A program made the translations under genes and the position numbers. A stretch of DNA of 61,770 nt, from IMG/VR virus record IMGVR_UViG_3300023301_000009, positions 1-61,770 of that record; one strand, written 5' to 3'. This DNA comes from a virus (taxonomy: Duplodnaviria > Caudoviricetes). The first letter of the stretch is position 1; every line of letters starts with the position of its first letter. A model generated the notes under the pieces. The model was not told the origin of the DNA and searched no databases. It was given only the letters and a program-made list of their open reading frames with translations. Shown piece after piece: positions 49,332-58,366 of this stretch.

Positions 49332-49376
49332 CCGCTGGAAGGAATCGAACCTTGCCTTGAACACCAGTAGCAGCGG
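49332..49376 (-). ncRNA. tRNA-like mini-element 2
   Basis: CCGCTG-CTACTGGTGTTCAAGG-CAAGG-TTCGATT-CCTTC-CAGCGG. Confidence 0.55.
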
Positions 49377-49382
49377 TGCTGC

Positions 49383-50186
49383 TTAGATGTCTTCTGGTTT
49401 CAGGTGGCGGGGTGAGCTTCCGCCGTACCATTTGTCATGAGCCATCTTCTTCATCCCTTGCACTTGGTCATGTGCCGGAAGGTGTGGAACTCCCGAGCCT
49501 GCCCCAACGATCTTGCGGAGGGTTTGCCATGTGCTTTGGCAAACATGCGCCTTGAGCCGGTGCTCGTCGTAGCGCCAATCGGGCTTTACGATTTTCTTTC
49601 TGGTGAACGTCTGTGAGTTGCCGTTCCCATCCGTCCCCTTGAATCTAATTTTTGAACTCACGTCGCTGGGTTCGACCACTGGGATTCTTGCGAAGGCGAT
49701 TGGAATTTTAGGGTCAACGATTACAACCTCTAAAATGTGAGCCTCGTACAAACCGCTGTATGCTTTCATCCGCTGCTTCCAATCCTTGCGTAGCCACTGG
49801 AGTACGACCCACCTACTGCCAACTAGTAAAGTATGGTCGCTCGCGAGGGTCTTGAGACGTTCCCTGTGGATTCCCGCTTTCACCTTATTGTCTTTGCGAG
49901 TTGCGCTACCTTTCTTGCCGCCCACCTTTCTCGTTGTTGTGGCCGCCATCGCATGTTGTTCATCGGGCGTCAGCATTTGGAACTTGCCCCACAACTCGTC
50001 GTGTTGCTCGGGAGTGATAAGGTTTGACGCCGCGAGCCACTTCAGCGCTTTGTCGTACTTGACTTCTGCTGCGTGAGTAATCTTTGCATCTCGCTCGCTC
50101 TCGGTTTGCCACCCTGTTGTGTGGTCGGAAGGTCCAAAGCAGCTTAGGTCTCTAAGAAGTCCTCGTCCAAAATTGATTTGAGCCAT
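49383..50186 (-). CDS. basic early hypothetical protein
   Basis: 267 aa; first gene after promoter P3; leader motif. Confidence 0.7.
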   Translation of the reverse strand: MAQINFGRGLLRDLSCFGPSDHTTGWQTESERDAKITHAAEVKYDKALKWLAASNLITPEQHDELWGKFQMLTPDEQHAMAATTTRKVGGKKGSATRKDNKVKAGIHRERLKTLASDHTLLVGSRWVVLQWLRKDWKQRMKAYSGLYEAHILEVVIVDPKIPIAFARIPVVEPSDVSSKIRFKGTDGNGNSQTFTRKKIVKPDWRYDEHRLKAHVCQSTWQTLRKIVGAGSGVPHLPAHDQVQGMKKMAHDKWYGGSSPRHLKPEDI

Positions 50187-50272
50187 TTTGTTTCCTCGGG
50201 CTTGATTGCCGTCTTCGGTCTAAGTTAATTACTGGTTGTTCAACACCCGCAGTAAAATTTGGGGTGTGCCTT

Positions 50273-50301
50273 AGTATATATGATGTTTGTGTGTTTGTCA
50301 A
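50273..50301 (-). promoter_or_regulatory. strong sigma70-type early promoter P3
   Basis: TTGACA-17 bp-TATACT. Confidence 0.85.
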
Positions 50302-50329
50302 GTATAAATGAGAGATAGGTGTGCGAGGG

Positions 50330-50518
50330 TTATTTGGTCGTACCTCCGTACTTTGCCTCATCTACTTCTGCGCGGTTCACAGGATACTGTCGCGGAGCTT
50401 TTACCCCAAGCCGCACTTGGCTCCCGCGTAACTCCACGACCATGACCGTTGCTATCTCCTTACCTTGTTCATCCCTGATCACTAGCTCCTCGCCTTCCTT
50501 GCGCGATATCGTAAGCAT
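50330..50518 (-). CDS. csrA: carbon storage regulator CsrA/RsmA homologue
   Basis: MLTISRKEGEELVI..VMVVELRGSQVRLGVKAP..PVNRAEV matches the CsrA consensus; SD GAGGAG. Confidence 0.9.
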   Translation of the reverse strand: MLTISRKEGEELVIRDEQGKEIATVMVVELRGSQVRLGVKAPRQYPVNRAEVDEAKYGGTTK

Positions 50519-50522
50519 CCCT

Positions 50523-51014
50523 TTACTCCTCAATATTCATGTGAGTGAAACCTAAACTCTGAATCTCAAAAACCGGCAGCACTTCGCTGGGGGATATCCG
50601 AACCATGATTCTTGGTGGCTTGTCTATCTCCGCGTACGCCTTCGCAGTGGTGCCCATCACTATCTGCTTGTCGTCCTCGTAGAACCCCTCGTCTTCCATC
50701 ACGTCCTCAACCGGCTTACGCAGGTTTACGATATCCGGCCTGCTTGCAAACCAGATCATGCCTTTCGGATATTTGTATAGCCCTGTTTTCTTATACTTGA
50801 ACTGCATGTATTTCGGCCTTGGATATATCGCTACGATATCAACCCTAAGTGGTACACTCAATGGCTTCGGGGGCCGATGCGGTCGTATGAGCTTTGCAAA
50901 CTTCTTCTCCCAATCACGCATCACCTTTGGCTTGAATGCCCCACCTTTACCAAATCGTACAGATTGCTTTGCCTTTGGCTTAATCGGCCCAACTACGAAT
51001 TCAATGATATCCAT
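50523..51014 (-). CDS. rusA: RusA-like Holliday junction resolvase
   Basis: PKAKQSVR..PLRVDI..YPRPK..RPDIVNLRKPVEDVM..FYEDDKQIV. Confidence 0.8.
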   Translation of the reverse strand: MDIIEFVVGPIKPKAKQSVRFGKGGAFKPKVMRDWEKKFAKLIRPHRPPKPLSVPLRVDIVAIYPRPKYMQFKYKKTGLYKYPKGMIWFASRPDIVNLRKPVEDVMEDEGFYEDDKQIVMGTTAKAYAEIDKPPRIMVRISPSEVLPVFEIQSLGFTHMNIEE

Positions 51015-51015
51015 A

Positions 51016-52563
51016 TCAGTTACCTCGGTCGTACCACGGTCGCTCGGCTAACACTTTTTCTGGCTCATCATCCATTTCAATGACCCCATCTTCGACGTCG
51101 CTATCCTCTAGCGCCTCTCGTTTTTTCTGGTCATCAAAATTCTCATACTCATCTGCGTCATACCTATGGTCCTTACCTGTCTCCGATGGTTTCGTTCCCC
51201 CGCCTTTCCCGTAGCCACCAAATAGCTGGGAAATAATACCATTCCCTTTTGCTTTAATCTCAATCGAATCCTGCGGGTTCAGTATTTCCCGAACTTTTTG
51301 ACAAACATGCACAAACCGGTCTATCTCTTTTGATATATCTGGGTTGACCAGCCCACCCTTAGCCTTCTCCGCTACCAACGCAAACTGCAATCGCTCGTAC
51401 GTCTGCTCGACCACCGCGTTGAGCGCCTTCTCGATACTGAATTTCCCTGCGTGCTCACCCTGTGCCTTTAGCGCAGCTTTCTTAAATGGTATGGAACACG
51501 TCGAGTCCTTTTTGTAGAAGGGACATTTATCTGCGATGTAGCACGTATTGCAATGGTACCCGAACTCGGCCGTCTGGTCCTTCCCTCTTACCTCGGGCCT
51601 TTGGACGGCCTTAATTTCTTTGCGCTCCCCTGCTGCAATCACCGAAGCATCGTTTCGGTGCATCGGGGTTATGACTAGGTTCTGGTACTCAACCCACATT
51701 GACGCGTTGAACTGGTTCACTGCGCCGGAGCTGTCATCCATAAGTGCCGCGTAATCAATACTGTGTTTCTCACACCAGTCTTCATAGTTCGCGCGCACGC
51801 TCTTGTGATCGGGGTCTTTTGTCTTTAGCTCATCACCACTGAATACATACGTCACACCATATTGTGCCCCCATCATCCACGATGTCGAATCAACTGAGTA
51901 GAACGTAAGATTGCGGAACACGTCCTTGTTCGTCATCGCGAACCCGTGAACCTTCCTTCCCGCTTTGTCAGATATCTGTAACATCTCGATGTACTCCGAC
52001 TTCTCCATACCACCTTGTATGCCGATGTACTCATACTTCTCGACCAACTTCGTCCACTCCCTTTTGCGCGTGGTGAGCTGTTCCATTGGGCTGTCATATC
52101 CGTAGTACCCCTCGTAAGACGTGTGGTATACCGGCATGGGAGTTAGTCCCTCCTCCTCCATCAACGCCCGCCACTCCTCAATTTTTTCCACACCTACAAT
52201 GCTGTCAATATCCAGTTCGACGTACACGTCAAAGTAGTGCCCAAACTTTTTAAGCCATGAGATGTATTCTAAAATATACACTTCCGGCTCGACATAACCC
52301 TTTGGCTTCTCCTTCGCTACTGAACTGCCTGCTATATGCTTGCGGTGGAACAGCGACTTGCCGTGAAAACTGAAGTACGTGTGCGCACCAGAATCCAGCA
52401 TCACAAACGCGCCCGCCTCCTTAGCCTTCTCTAAAATCGTGGTCGCCTTCGAGTCGCTCATCTTGCGAAAGTAGAAGTACGAGCACAACAAATTTTCGGC
52501 ACCGACCGACAGTAGCTCGTCCATCGAGCGCTCTTTCTCAGCTCCGGCAAAACAAATTCTCAT
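51016..52563 (-). CDS. TGT/DpdA-like 7-deazaguanine transglycosylase with C-terminal Cys4 domain
   Basis: LLCSYFY, MLDSGAHT, ELDI, MPVYH, IGIQGG, VHGFAMT, YSVDSTSW..GAQYG; then CNTC..CP..C. Confidence 0.75.
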   Translation of the reverse strand: MRICFAGAEKERSMDELLSVGAENLLCSYFYFRKMSDSKATTILEKAKEAGAFVMLDSGAHTYFSFHGKSLFHRKHIAGSSVAKEKPKGYVEPEVYILEYISWLKKFGHYFDVYVELDIDSIVGVEKIEEWRALMEEEGLTPMPVYHTSYEGYYGYDSPMEQLTTRKREWTKLVEKYEYIGIQGGMEKSEYIEMLQISDKAGRKVHGFAMTNKDVFRNLTFYSVDSTSWMMGAQYGVTYVFSGDELKTKDPDHKSVRANYEDWCEKHSIDYAALMDDSSGAVNQFNASMWVEYQNLVITPMHRNDASVIAAGERKEIKAVQRPEVRGKDQTAEFGYHCNTCYIADKCPFYKKDSTCSIPFKKAALKAQGEHAGKFSIEKALNAVVEQTYERLQFALVAEKAKGGLVNPDISKEIDRFVHVCQKVREILNPQDSIEIKAKGNGIISQLFGGYGKGGGTKPSETGKDHRYDADEYENFDDQKKREALEDSDVEDGVIEMDDEPEKVLAERPWYDRGN

Positions 52564-52599
52564 TCCGTGAGTCCTCTTGTGCAGTGTGCGTTAACTTGC

Positions 52600-53598
52600 T
52601 CATTCTATTTCTTGCTTAACACCTTGGGCTTGGGTGTACTCGTGGAATACGCTAGCCATTCGCTGAGCCACCGCAGACTTCTCGTACTTCTCGACACGCT
52701 GTAGTGAATGCGGAGCAAACAGCGCATCCTGTACACATTGTTGAATCTCTTCAATAAGACTTGGGCGGTAGAAAAATTGATCAAGATACTCGTAGTACGG
52801 AGTGCACCCCGGTGCTACCGGATTCGCACCACAAATAACGCCCTCAATTAGCGACACATTTAGTGTGTCAGCCAACCCGCCGGTCACAACTACTTTTGCT
52901 TGGCACAGCAAGTCAGTGAACTCCTTAGCTTTGCAGTATGGCACAACAGCGTACCCGGTCCTGACCAAGTATTTATATACTTCTCCACCAGACGATCGTG
53001 TATCGAGGTCTTGTCCTGTTGAGAATACCACGCGATCCTTAAATGGCCGCAGTGCTTCAGACAAAATCATGGCCTGCTGCTTCTCTGGGGAAAACCTTCC
53101 CGGAACCACGATATACTTCTTCATATATCTAGTGTGATCGGGATAGTCATCCATATCAATGGGGAATCCAGTGACCTTAATAGGTGGCATGTTCTCATAC
53201 GCATCCTGTATCTGCGCTTTATGACTTTCCGTATTCACGGTCATGAAACTCAGCCGAGGCGTCCACTCCGAGAAGTCTATGATGCCACCCGTTGTTGGGG
53301 AATTCATCACCACGTCTATAAACTGTCTTGTTTCAATCCCACCATGGCAATGGGCCGCCGCCGGCTCGTCCCTGATATCCAAAACGTACGGCAGCGCCCA
53401 ATCGTGCTGCCGTTGAAAATACCAAAGGTCACACGGCGGAGCATCTATCACAGCTTGCTTAATCATATTGTATGGCAGTAGCGTAAGGTCGACCTCATGC
53501 ACCTCAATGTTGTTCTCCGCCATCCCCGCTAATACCGCCGCTGAAAACTGCGCAGACCAATCACCTGTACTTTTCTGGCAAACGTAATTCACTTTCAT
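52600..53598 (-). CDS. glycosyltransferase (GT-B, GT4-like)
   Basis: VPGRFSPEKQ..ADTLNVSLIEG..CGA.PVAP...Y.E. Confidence 0.75.
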   Translation of the reverse strand: MKVNYVCQKSTGDWSAQFSAAVLAGMAENNIEVHEVDLTLLPYNMIKQAVIDAPPCDLWYFQRQHDWALPYVLDIRDEPAAAHCHGGIETRQFIDVVMNSPTTGGIIDFSEWTPRLSFMTVNTESHKAQIQDAYENMPPIKVTGFPIDMDDYPDHTRYMKKYIVVPGRFSPEKQQAMILSEALRPFKDRVVFSTGQDLDTRSSGGEVYKYLVRTGYAVVPYCKAKEFTDLLCQAKVVVTGGLADTLNVSLIEGVICGANPVAPGCTPYYEYLDQFFYRPSLIEEIQQCVQDALFAPHSLQRVEKYEKSAVAQRMASVFHEYTQAQGVKQEIE

Positions 53599-54575
53599 AG
53601 TGTATCCTCAGTAATATAACTAGCAATCCTTTCGCACACCTTACCATCTAACATCGCACCAAATAGCATATCAACCCTTGCAGCTCTTTTCGTGGCGAGC
53701 AAGTCTTTGCCTCCCAGCACTCCGCCCATCATGACCTCCAGCTCATCCATGCTGCTGAACTGATAAAAGCAGTCCCTCCACCGGAATGACAAATCATCTG
53801 GGTCAAAGCTAGTGTCCACCGCAGGGTCACAAAGGTCTGTTCGCTTCCTGTCAAACCACCACCTGAACGAATTGTACGCGAACACAGGCTTTCCTGTCGG
53901 TAAGAACTCAAACAGTGCAGACCCCATATCCCCAATAAGTGCATTTGCTCCATCAAAACTTGCGACCAAGCCCCCCAAATTTTCTGCTGCCATTGTCACG
54001 CCGTGATGCCTAGCAGCTTCGCTGGCAATCTGCTGCTTGTACCCGGTGGCCGTCATCGGGTGAAGCTGGACTACTACCTCCTGTGGAATCATCGGGGCGA
54101 ATCGGCGGAGGAAATCTACAACCCAACCATCCCCTATCCCAAATTCGTGATTCCAAGTGGGAGCAACCACTATTTTTCCAGAACCTTCCACCGGTCCTCT
54201 TACCAGTTCGTCCATTTCCATGTAGCCGACGGGCACACACTTTGACACGTTCCTACCGCGCCTCTTCGCTTCTTCTATTGCAAAATTCGAGGCAACAAAT
54301 TCGGCCACCATTCTCTCATCCTTCTCCGCGTACGTCGTATTCTTGCTCGACCCTACCCCATGATGCACATGGTACCCGCGAATTTTAATGTCCGCAGCTA
54401 TCGTACGCAGGAACAAATGGTTTGCTACAACCACAATGTCTCCATCAGACGGCTCCCCTTGCCACTCTCCGAGCGCAACCATGTCAACGGCCACGCTATG
54501 CTTTGCAAGCTCGCCCTGTAGCCTCAGCAGCGTCCTGCGCTCCGCTTCTCCAGCGTACAACAACCAATAATTCAT
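53595..54575 (-). CDS. CDP-glycerol glycerophosphotransferase (TagF/TagB)-family protein
   Basis: HHGV..K, VGY..MD, VAPTWN, LHP, ALIGDMGSALFEFLPTGKPV. Confidence 0.75.
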   Translation of the reverse strand: MNYWLLYAGEAERRTLLRLQGELAKHSVAVDMVALGEWQGEPSDGDIVVVANHLFLRTIAADIKIRGYHVHHGVGSSKNTTYAEKDERMVAEFVASNFAIEEAKRRGRNVSKCVPVGYMEMDELVRGPVEGSGKIVVAPTWNHEFGIGDGWVVDFLRRFAPMIPQEVVVQLHPMTATGYKQQIASEAARHHGVTMAAENLGGLVASFDGANALIGDMGSALFEFLPTGKPVFAYNSFRWWFDRKRTDLCDPAVDTSFDPDDLSFRWRDCFYQFSSMDELEVMMGGVLGGKDLLATKRAARVDMLFGAMLDGKVCERIASYITEDTL

Positions 54576-55132
54576 GCGCCATCCGTAGGATCATTAGTGA
54601 CATGATCATACCGTTGCGCAGCCGAGTCTTGAACCCCACCTGCAATTCGGCTTGGCAACTTGTTTCGCAGACGCACTGCCAAATCCTCCGGCCCGACCTC
54701 AGTGTCATCTTCCCAAATTGGCTGCGACTGCAAAAATGCCAACCCGTTTCCTTTGCGCATCTTAACCGTCAGCGGCGCTTCAGTCCTAAATACAACATCA
54801 ACTCTGCGGTTACCCGCAAACACCAATGATGCGTCTCTTGCCGCAACATAGTCGTCCGTCTCGAATGTAATCTTTTGCTCACCCCATGACAGGCATTCAT
54901 GAATAAGTGCTGGGGGAAGACTCGTTTCTCTTGCTCCGATATAAATACGGTCGACTTCATACACGCTTGCAAGTGCACGCAGCTCATCTGGCAGGAACCG
55001 CTCACCGCCCGCATCTGAAACTCCAGACGCGACGTTGCCAATATTATCCTGCTCCACATCGAACACGAACAGCGTCAGGTCGCCACGCCCTACTGGCTCT
55101 TTCTCTTCGTCAACAAACGCGCTGTACTTCAT
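54572..55132 (-). CDS. hypothetical protein in modification cluster
   Basis: 186 aa, translationally coupled on both sides. Confidence 0.6.
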   Translation of the reverse strand: MKYSAFVDEEKEPVGRGDLTLFVFDVEQDNIGNVASGVSDAGGERFLPDELRALASVYEVDRIYIGARETSLPPALIHECLSWGEQKITFETDDYVAARDASLVFAGNRRVDVVFRTEAPLTVKMRKGNGLAFLQSQPIWEDDTEVGPEDLAVRLRNKLPSRIAGGVQDSAAQRYDHVTNDPTDGA

Positions 55133-56097
55133 CGTGCCTCCTTAATAACCATCCGTAGTTTCTTAAATGCTTGCGTGCCATGTCTCACTCTTAGCTCTTC
55201 CAACTCCTTACGCGAAAGTGGTACTGGCCTTGCCTCTACGCGCCAAACCATATCTTTAGTCGCGCGTACAATGAACCGCTTATCGTACAATTCTGGGTAG
55301 GACAACCTATTGGGCATCAAGCAGTGTGCCCCAAGGTACAAGGCTTCGAGCATAGCAATCCCGAAGGTTTCTTGGCGGTTCCACGATACTACAAACTTAG
55401 CGCTCCCGAGCACTTGGTAGTACCCTCCCTTTGAGCCAGCTTCTTCCTTCGTCACGACTACACTATGCCCACGCCTTCTAAGCTCCTCTATCAACCACGG
55501 GCTTTTCTCAGGGTCCAGCCTATGCGGAAATACTACATCGTGTACTTTGTGAGTGACACGGTACTGTTCAAGCTCTTCGAGTTTATACGGAAACGGGAGC
55601 ACGCGAACTTTACTCGCCAGCAGCTTGCGGTTCTGGAGGACGAGCTGCTTGTGGTATTCACTGAACACCACCACACGGTCGATGCGCTTGAACCAACCAT
55701 TTTCTACGTCTTGGCCCCAGACTGACATCCCGCTTCGGTGCAGAAAATCATTGGGGTCGTAAGAACCAGCGTGCAATATGCCAACCGTCTTCACGTCCAG
55801 TGCTGTTGCGTCGAGCATGTAAAAAATCTGCTCAAGTGGAAACCACATATCATGGAACACCAGCACGTCACCGTCTGCAATTGCGCCATCCCGCATCAGC
55901 TTCGCAATCTGTTGAACCTGTGTCGCCTTGTAGTGGTGCGTGGAATACACGTCTAAAAACGAACCTGTTTCTACCTCTTCGCTTAGGGGTGTCCCCCAGA
56001 TAAACTCGTCCTCCGAATACTCCTCCTTAAACCATCGCATCCACTGCGCGGAATACCTGTCCTCAATCGGCTCGATAGGTACATGCCAAATGCTCAT
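55129..56097 (-). CDS. glycosyltransferase (GT-B)
   Basis: EPIEDRYSAQW, HAGSYDPNDFL, VFPHRLDPEK, QETFGIAMLEA, PNRLSYPEL. Confidence 0.8.
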   Translation of the reverse strand: MSIWHVPIEPIEDRYSAQWMRWFKEEYSEDEFIWGTPLSEEVETGSFLDVYSTHHYKATQVQQIAKLMRDGAIADGDVLVFHDMWFPLEQIFYMLDATALDVKTVGILHAGSYDPNDFLHRSGMSVWGQDVENGWFKRIDRVVVFSEYHKQLVLQNRKLLASKVRVLPFPYKLEELEQYRVTHKVHDVVFPHRLDPEKSPWLIEELRRRGHSVVVTKEEAGSKGGYYQVLGSAKFVVSWNRQETFGIAMLEALYLGAHCLMPNRLSYPELYDKRFIVRATKDMVWRVEARPVPLSRKELEELRVRHGTQAFKKLRMVIKEAR

Positions 56098-56813
56098 GCC
56101 TCCTCCGATAATTTTAACTCAATAGCTTTAAGGTCGCTGGGGGAATCGAACTCTTTGACACACCAGCCGTCTGCTTGCGCCACCATCGTTTCCGTAGATA
56201 GCAGCTCGTTAATGACATCTTCATGATATGCCATCATGTGACTCGGCACGTTGAACTTAGCCTTATACTTGCTAGCCATGCTCTTGCTTAGGAAATACAC
56301 ACCAACCGCTTCTCCGAGTACCACCGCACCAAGGGGGAGCACTTTGCCAAGCTGCGTAATCCTACCACCGTCCTCCGCGCTAGATACCACGGCCTTTACG
56401 TCCTCATCGAGAACGTGTCGTGGGTGGACGAGCGCGGCAGAACCTCCAGCGACTAACTTCTCCAAATCGGGGCGTGCGTAGAACACAAGGTCGCCGTTCA
56501 CCACAATGGTTTCGTCGCTGTGCATTCCCGCAAGTGCAGCATCAAGTGAATACGCGGTGTTCGTAGTAGCATATTCCATATTGTAACAGATGGTCATGTG
56601 GTGGCGTCTGCTAAGCACTGCCTCATGTGCTGCCTTGATGACCTTCTCATGCTCGAACCCAACAACAACGATTATCTCGTCGACCAAGGGCGAAAACATT
56701 GCAACGGTTTTCTCCATGGGGATTCCATACCCTTTGACCGGGTGTATGACCTTCGCTGCCCCACCCAACCGCCGACCCATACCCGCCGCCAATATCACTA
56801 GTGCCCTGCTCAT
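56094..56813 (-). CDS. NTP transferase (LicC/phosphocholine cytidylyltransferase-like)
   Basis: ILAAGMGRRLG..K, YN.EYATTNTAYSL, NGDLVF, GEAVG, EFDSPSDL. Confidence 0.8.
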   Translation of the reverse strand: MSRALVILAAGMGRRLGGAAKVIHPVKGYGIPMEKTVAMFSPLVDEIIVVVGFEHEKVIKAAHEAVLSRRHHMTICYNMEYATTNTAYSLDAALAGMHSDETIVVNGDLVFYARPDLEKLVAGGSAALVHPRHVLDEDVKAVVSSAEDGGRITQLGKVLPLGAVVLGEAVGVYFLSKSMASKYKAKFNVPSHMMAYHEDVINELLSTETMVAQADGWCVKEFDSPSDLKAIELKLSEEA

Positions 56814-57406
56814 TACGTCTCCTTTGTTATTTCAAAATCAGGGTACTCACCTGAAATTTTCTTGTCTAATATTTGATCTCGAATCGACTCGATGATTCGT
56901 CTGGGAGAAGTATGTGCCCATAAATACGCTGACGTTCCAAGGTTATCGCAGATCCAGTTCACTGTAGCGTACTGCACAAACCCAGTCTCTTCCATTTCCA
57001 CAATCATGTTCTGTGCGTAACCACGTAGCTCCCACTTGAAACGCGTCGTCCAGACCGCAGGCAACACAAGCGTGTAGCTGAAGGGGAACCACACCGGGTT
57101 TGCGAACCAATCGCGTAGATGGACCGCTTCATGCCGAAGCAACCCATATCGCTGAAAGTTTTTACTGAAATACTTAACCCCATCGTCGTGCCCCAAAGGC
57201 AGGTAAATCGTATCACCCAGTGTGGTCACGGTGTTCTCGTAAAACCAGTCCTCGAACTTTGGTGCTACTAAGCCCACAAGGGTCATAAACACGGGTATGG
57301 CCTTATGCCACCACCTACGCCAGTTGCCTTTTTCTCGAATCTCCAGCGAGGGCACGTCGTAACGCATCCGTACTAGGTAATCTGTGACTGCACCTGTGTA
57401 GCCCAT
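56813..57406 (-). CDS. HExxH-containing membrane-associated protein
   Basis: TTLGDTIY, LRHEAVH, WELRGY; hydrophobic stretches. Confidence 0.55.
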   Translation of the reverse strand: MGYTGAVTDYLVRMRYDVPSLEIREKGNWRRWWHKAIPVFMTLVGLVAPKFEDWFYENTVTTLGDTIYLPLGHDDGVKYFSKNFQRYGLLRHEAVHLRDWFANPVWFPFSYTLVLPAVWTTRFKWELRGYAQNMIVEMEETGFVQYATVNWICDNLGTSAYLWAHTSPRRIIESIRDQILDKKISGEYPDFEITKET

Positions 57407-57439
57407 GATGTTTTCCAGGTGTTTGTAAAGAACTACTGC

Positions 57440-57802
57440 TTACGCTTGGAATATTAAAACGGCACCATTCTCACCATCCTCGTTTACCTCAACTGTCATG
57501 CTTCTCTCGCCGTACGTGACAGTCATCCATCTTGCTATTTCCACTGCCATCATCTCGCAGCTAAAGTATTCCTTGAACTCGCTTGTGACAAACTGTGCAA
57601 GCTGCTCGTCCAACGCATCCTTGAGTGCAAGGTACTCAAGATCCCTGTCATCATGGTGCTGCTCGACCAACAGCTCGACGTGGAACTCGTGGCGATGCCT
57701 ATTGCGTAAGTGCTCATGCTTGCCTGCGGGTGCGTTCGGCCAGTTGTGCATGAACTGAAACCGTGTACGAACCACTGCCATTAGCTTACTGTCCGTAGCC
57801 AT
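57440..57802 (-). CDS. QueD paralogue, DpdL-like T-fold protein
   Basis: HNWP.AP..LRNRHRHEF (LxxxHRHxF), DRDLEY, SCEMMA, VNEDGENGA. Confidence 0.7.
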   Translation of the reverse strand: MATDSKLMAVVRTRFQFMHNWPNAPAGKHEHLRNRHRHEFHVELLVEQHHDDRDLEYLALKDALDEQLAQFVTSEFKEYFSCEMMAVEIARWMTVTYGERSMTVEVNEDGENGAVLIFQA

Positions 57803-58328
57803 CTAAAACCTCCTTGTACTGTTTGCCCCTCACAGTGCGTAATACATCAAAAAATTCGCTACCCAATTCTTCTACAAGCTGGTCGAGTACATCATTGCCA
57901 TCTGCGTAATCAACCCACGCGAAGCGCATGTCAATCTCTTTATCAAGGATCATCCCTAATGACACACCCACCACGCGTATTGCAATAGCAAGCTCTTCAG
58001 AGTCTACATAGGGGAATACAAACTCGTAGTGCTTGGCCTGTGGCCACAGCGCAATGGCAGTAAGCGGGTATGTTACTAGCTCTACTCGCGTGACAATGTC
58101 CCCCATCAGTAAGGCGTCTGGATTGATCTTCAAAAGCAGGTCAGCCACCAAAGCTACATCAAGTTGCTGGGCGAAGATCGGTGCTACCTGCTCTTGTGCA
58201 GGTGTTAACTTAGTTGCTATCAGCTTGACCGTGCCCGGCGTCTTCAATTCCCTCATCACCGTACCCACTGCTATTGGCGATGCGTCGAATGCAACGAGTT
58301 TTAAGTGTCTTTCTGTTTCTGCAACCAT
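57786..58328 (-). CDS. hypothetical protein
   Basis: 180 aa, SD GGAGG. Confidence 0.6.
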   Translation of the reverse strand: MVAETERHLKLVAFDASPIAVGTVMRELKTPGTVKLIATKLTPAQEQVAPIFAQQLDVALVADLLLKINPDALLMGDIVTRVELVTYPLTAIALWPQAKHYEFVFPYVDSEELAIAIRVVGVSLGMILDKEIDMRFAWVDYADGNDVLDQLVEELGSEFFDVLRTVRGKQYKEVLDGYGQ

Positions 58329-58366
58329 TTGCTGCCTCCACGGTCTTGAGTCTAGGTCTGTTTCAC

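Larger units (their letters stand above)
40977..50215 (-). promoter_or_regulatory. dispersed leader motif AAGAC-GSC-N4-6-GSC-CGAGGA, 7 copies
   Basis: Copies at 40977-40999, 44633-44654, 45339-45361, 45989-46010, 48690-48712, 49210-49230 and 50193-50215. Confidence 0.85.

Noticed and set aside
48753-49376. Functional tRNA genes
   Set aside because: The elements are only 40-45 nt, with no anticodon arm and no CCA; reported as tRNA-like instead
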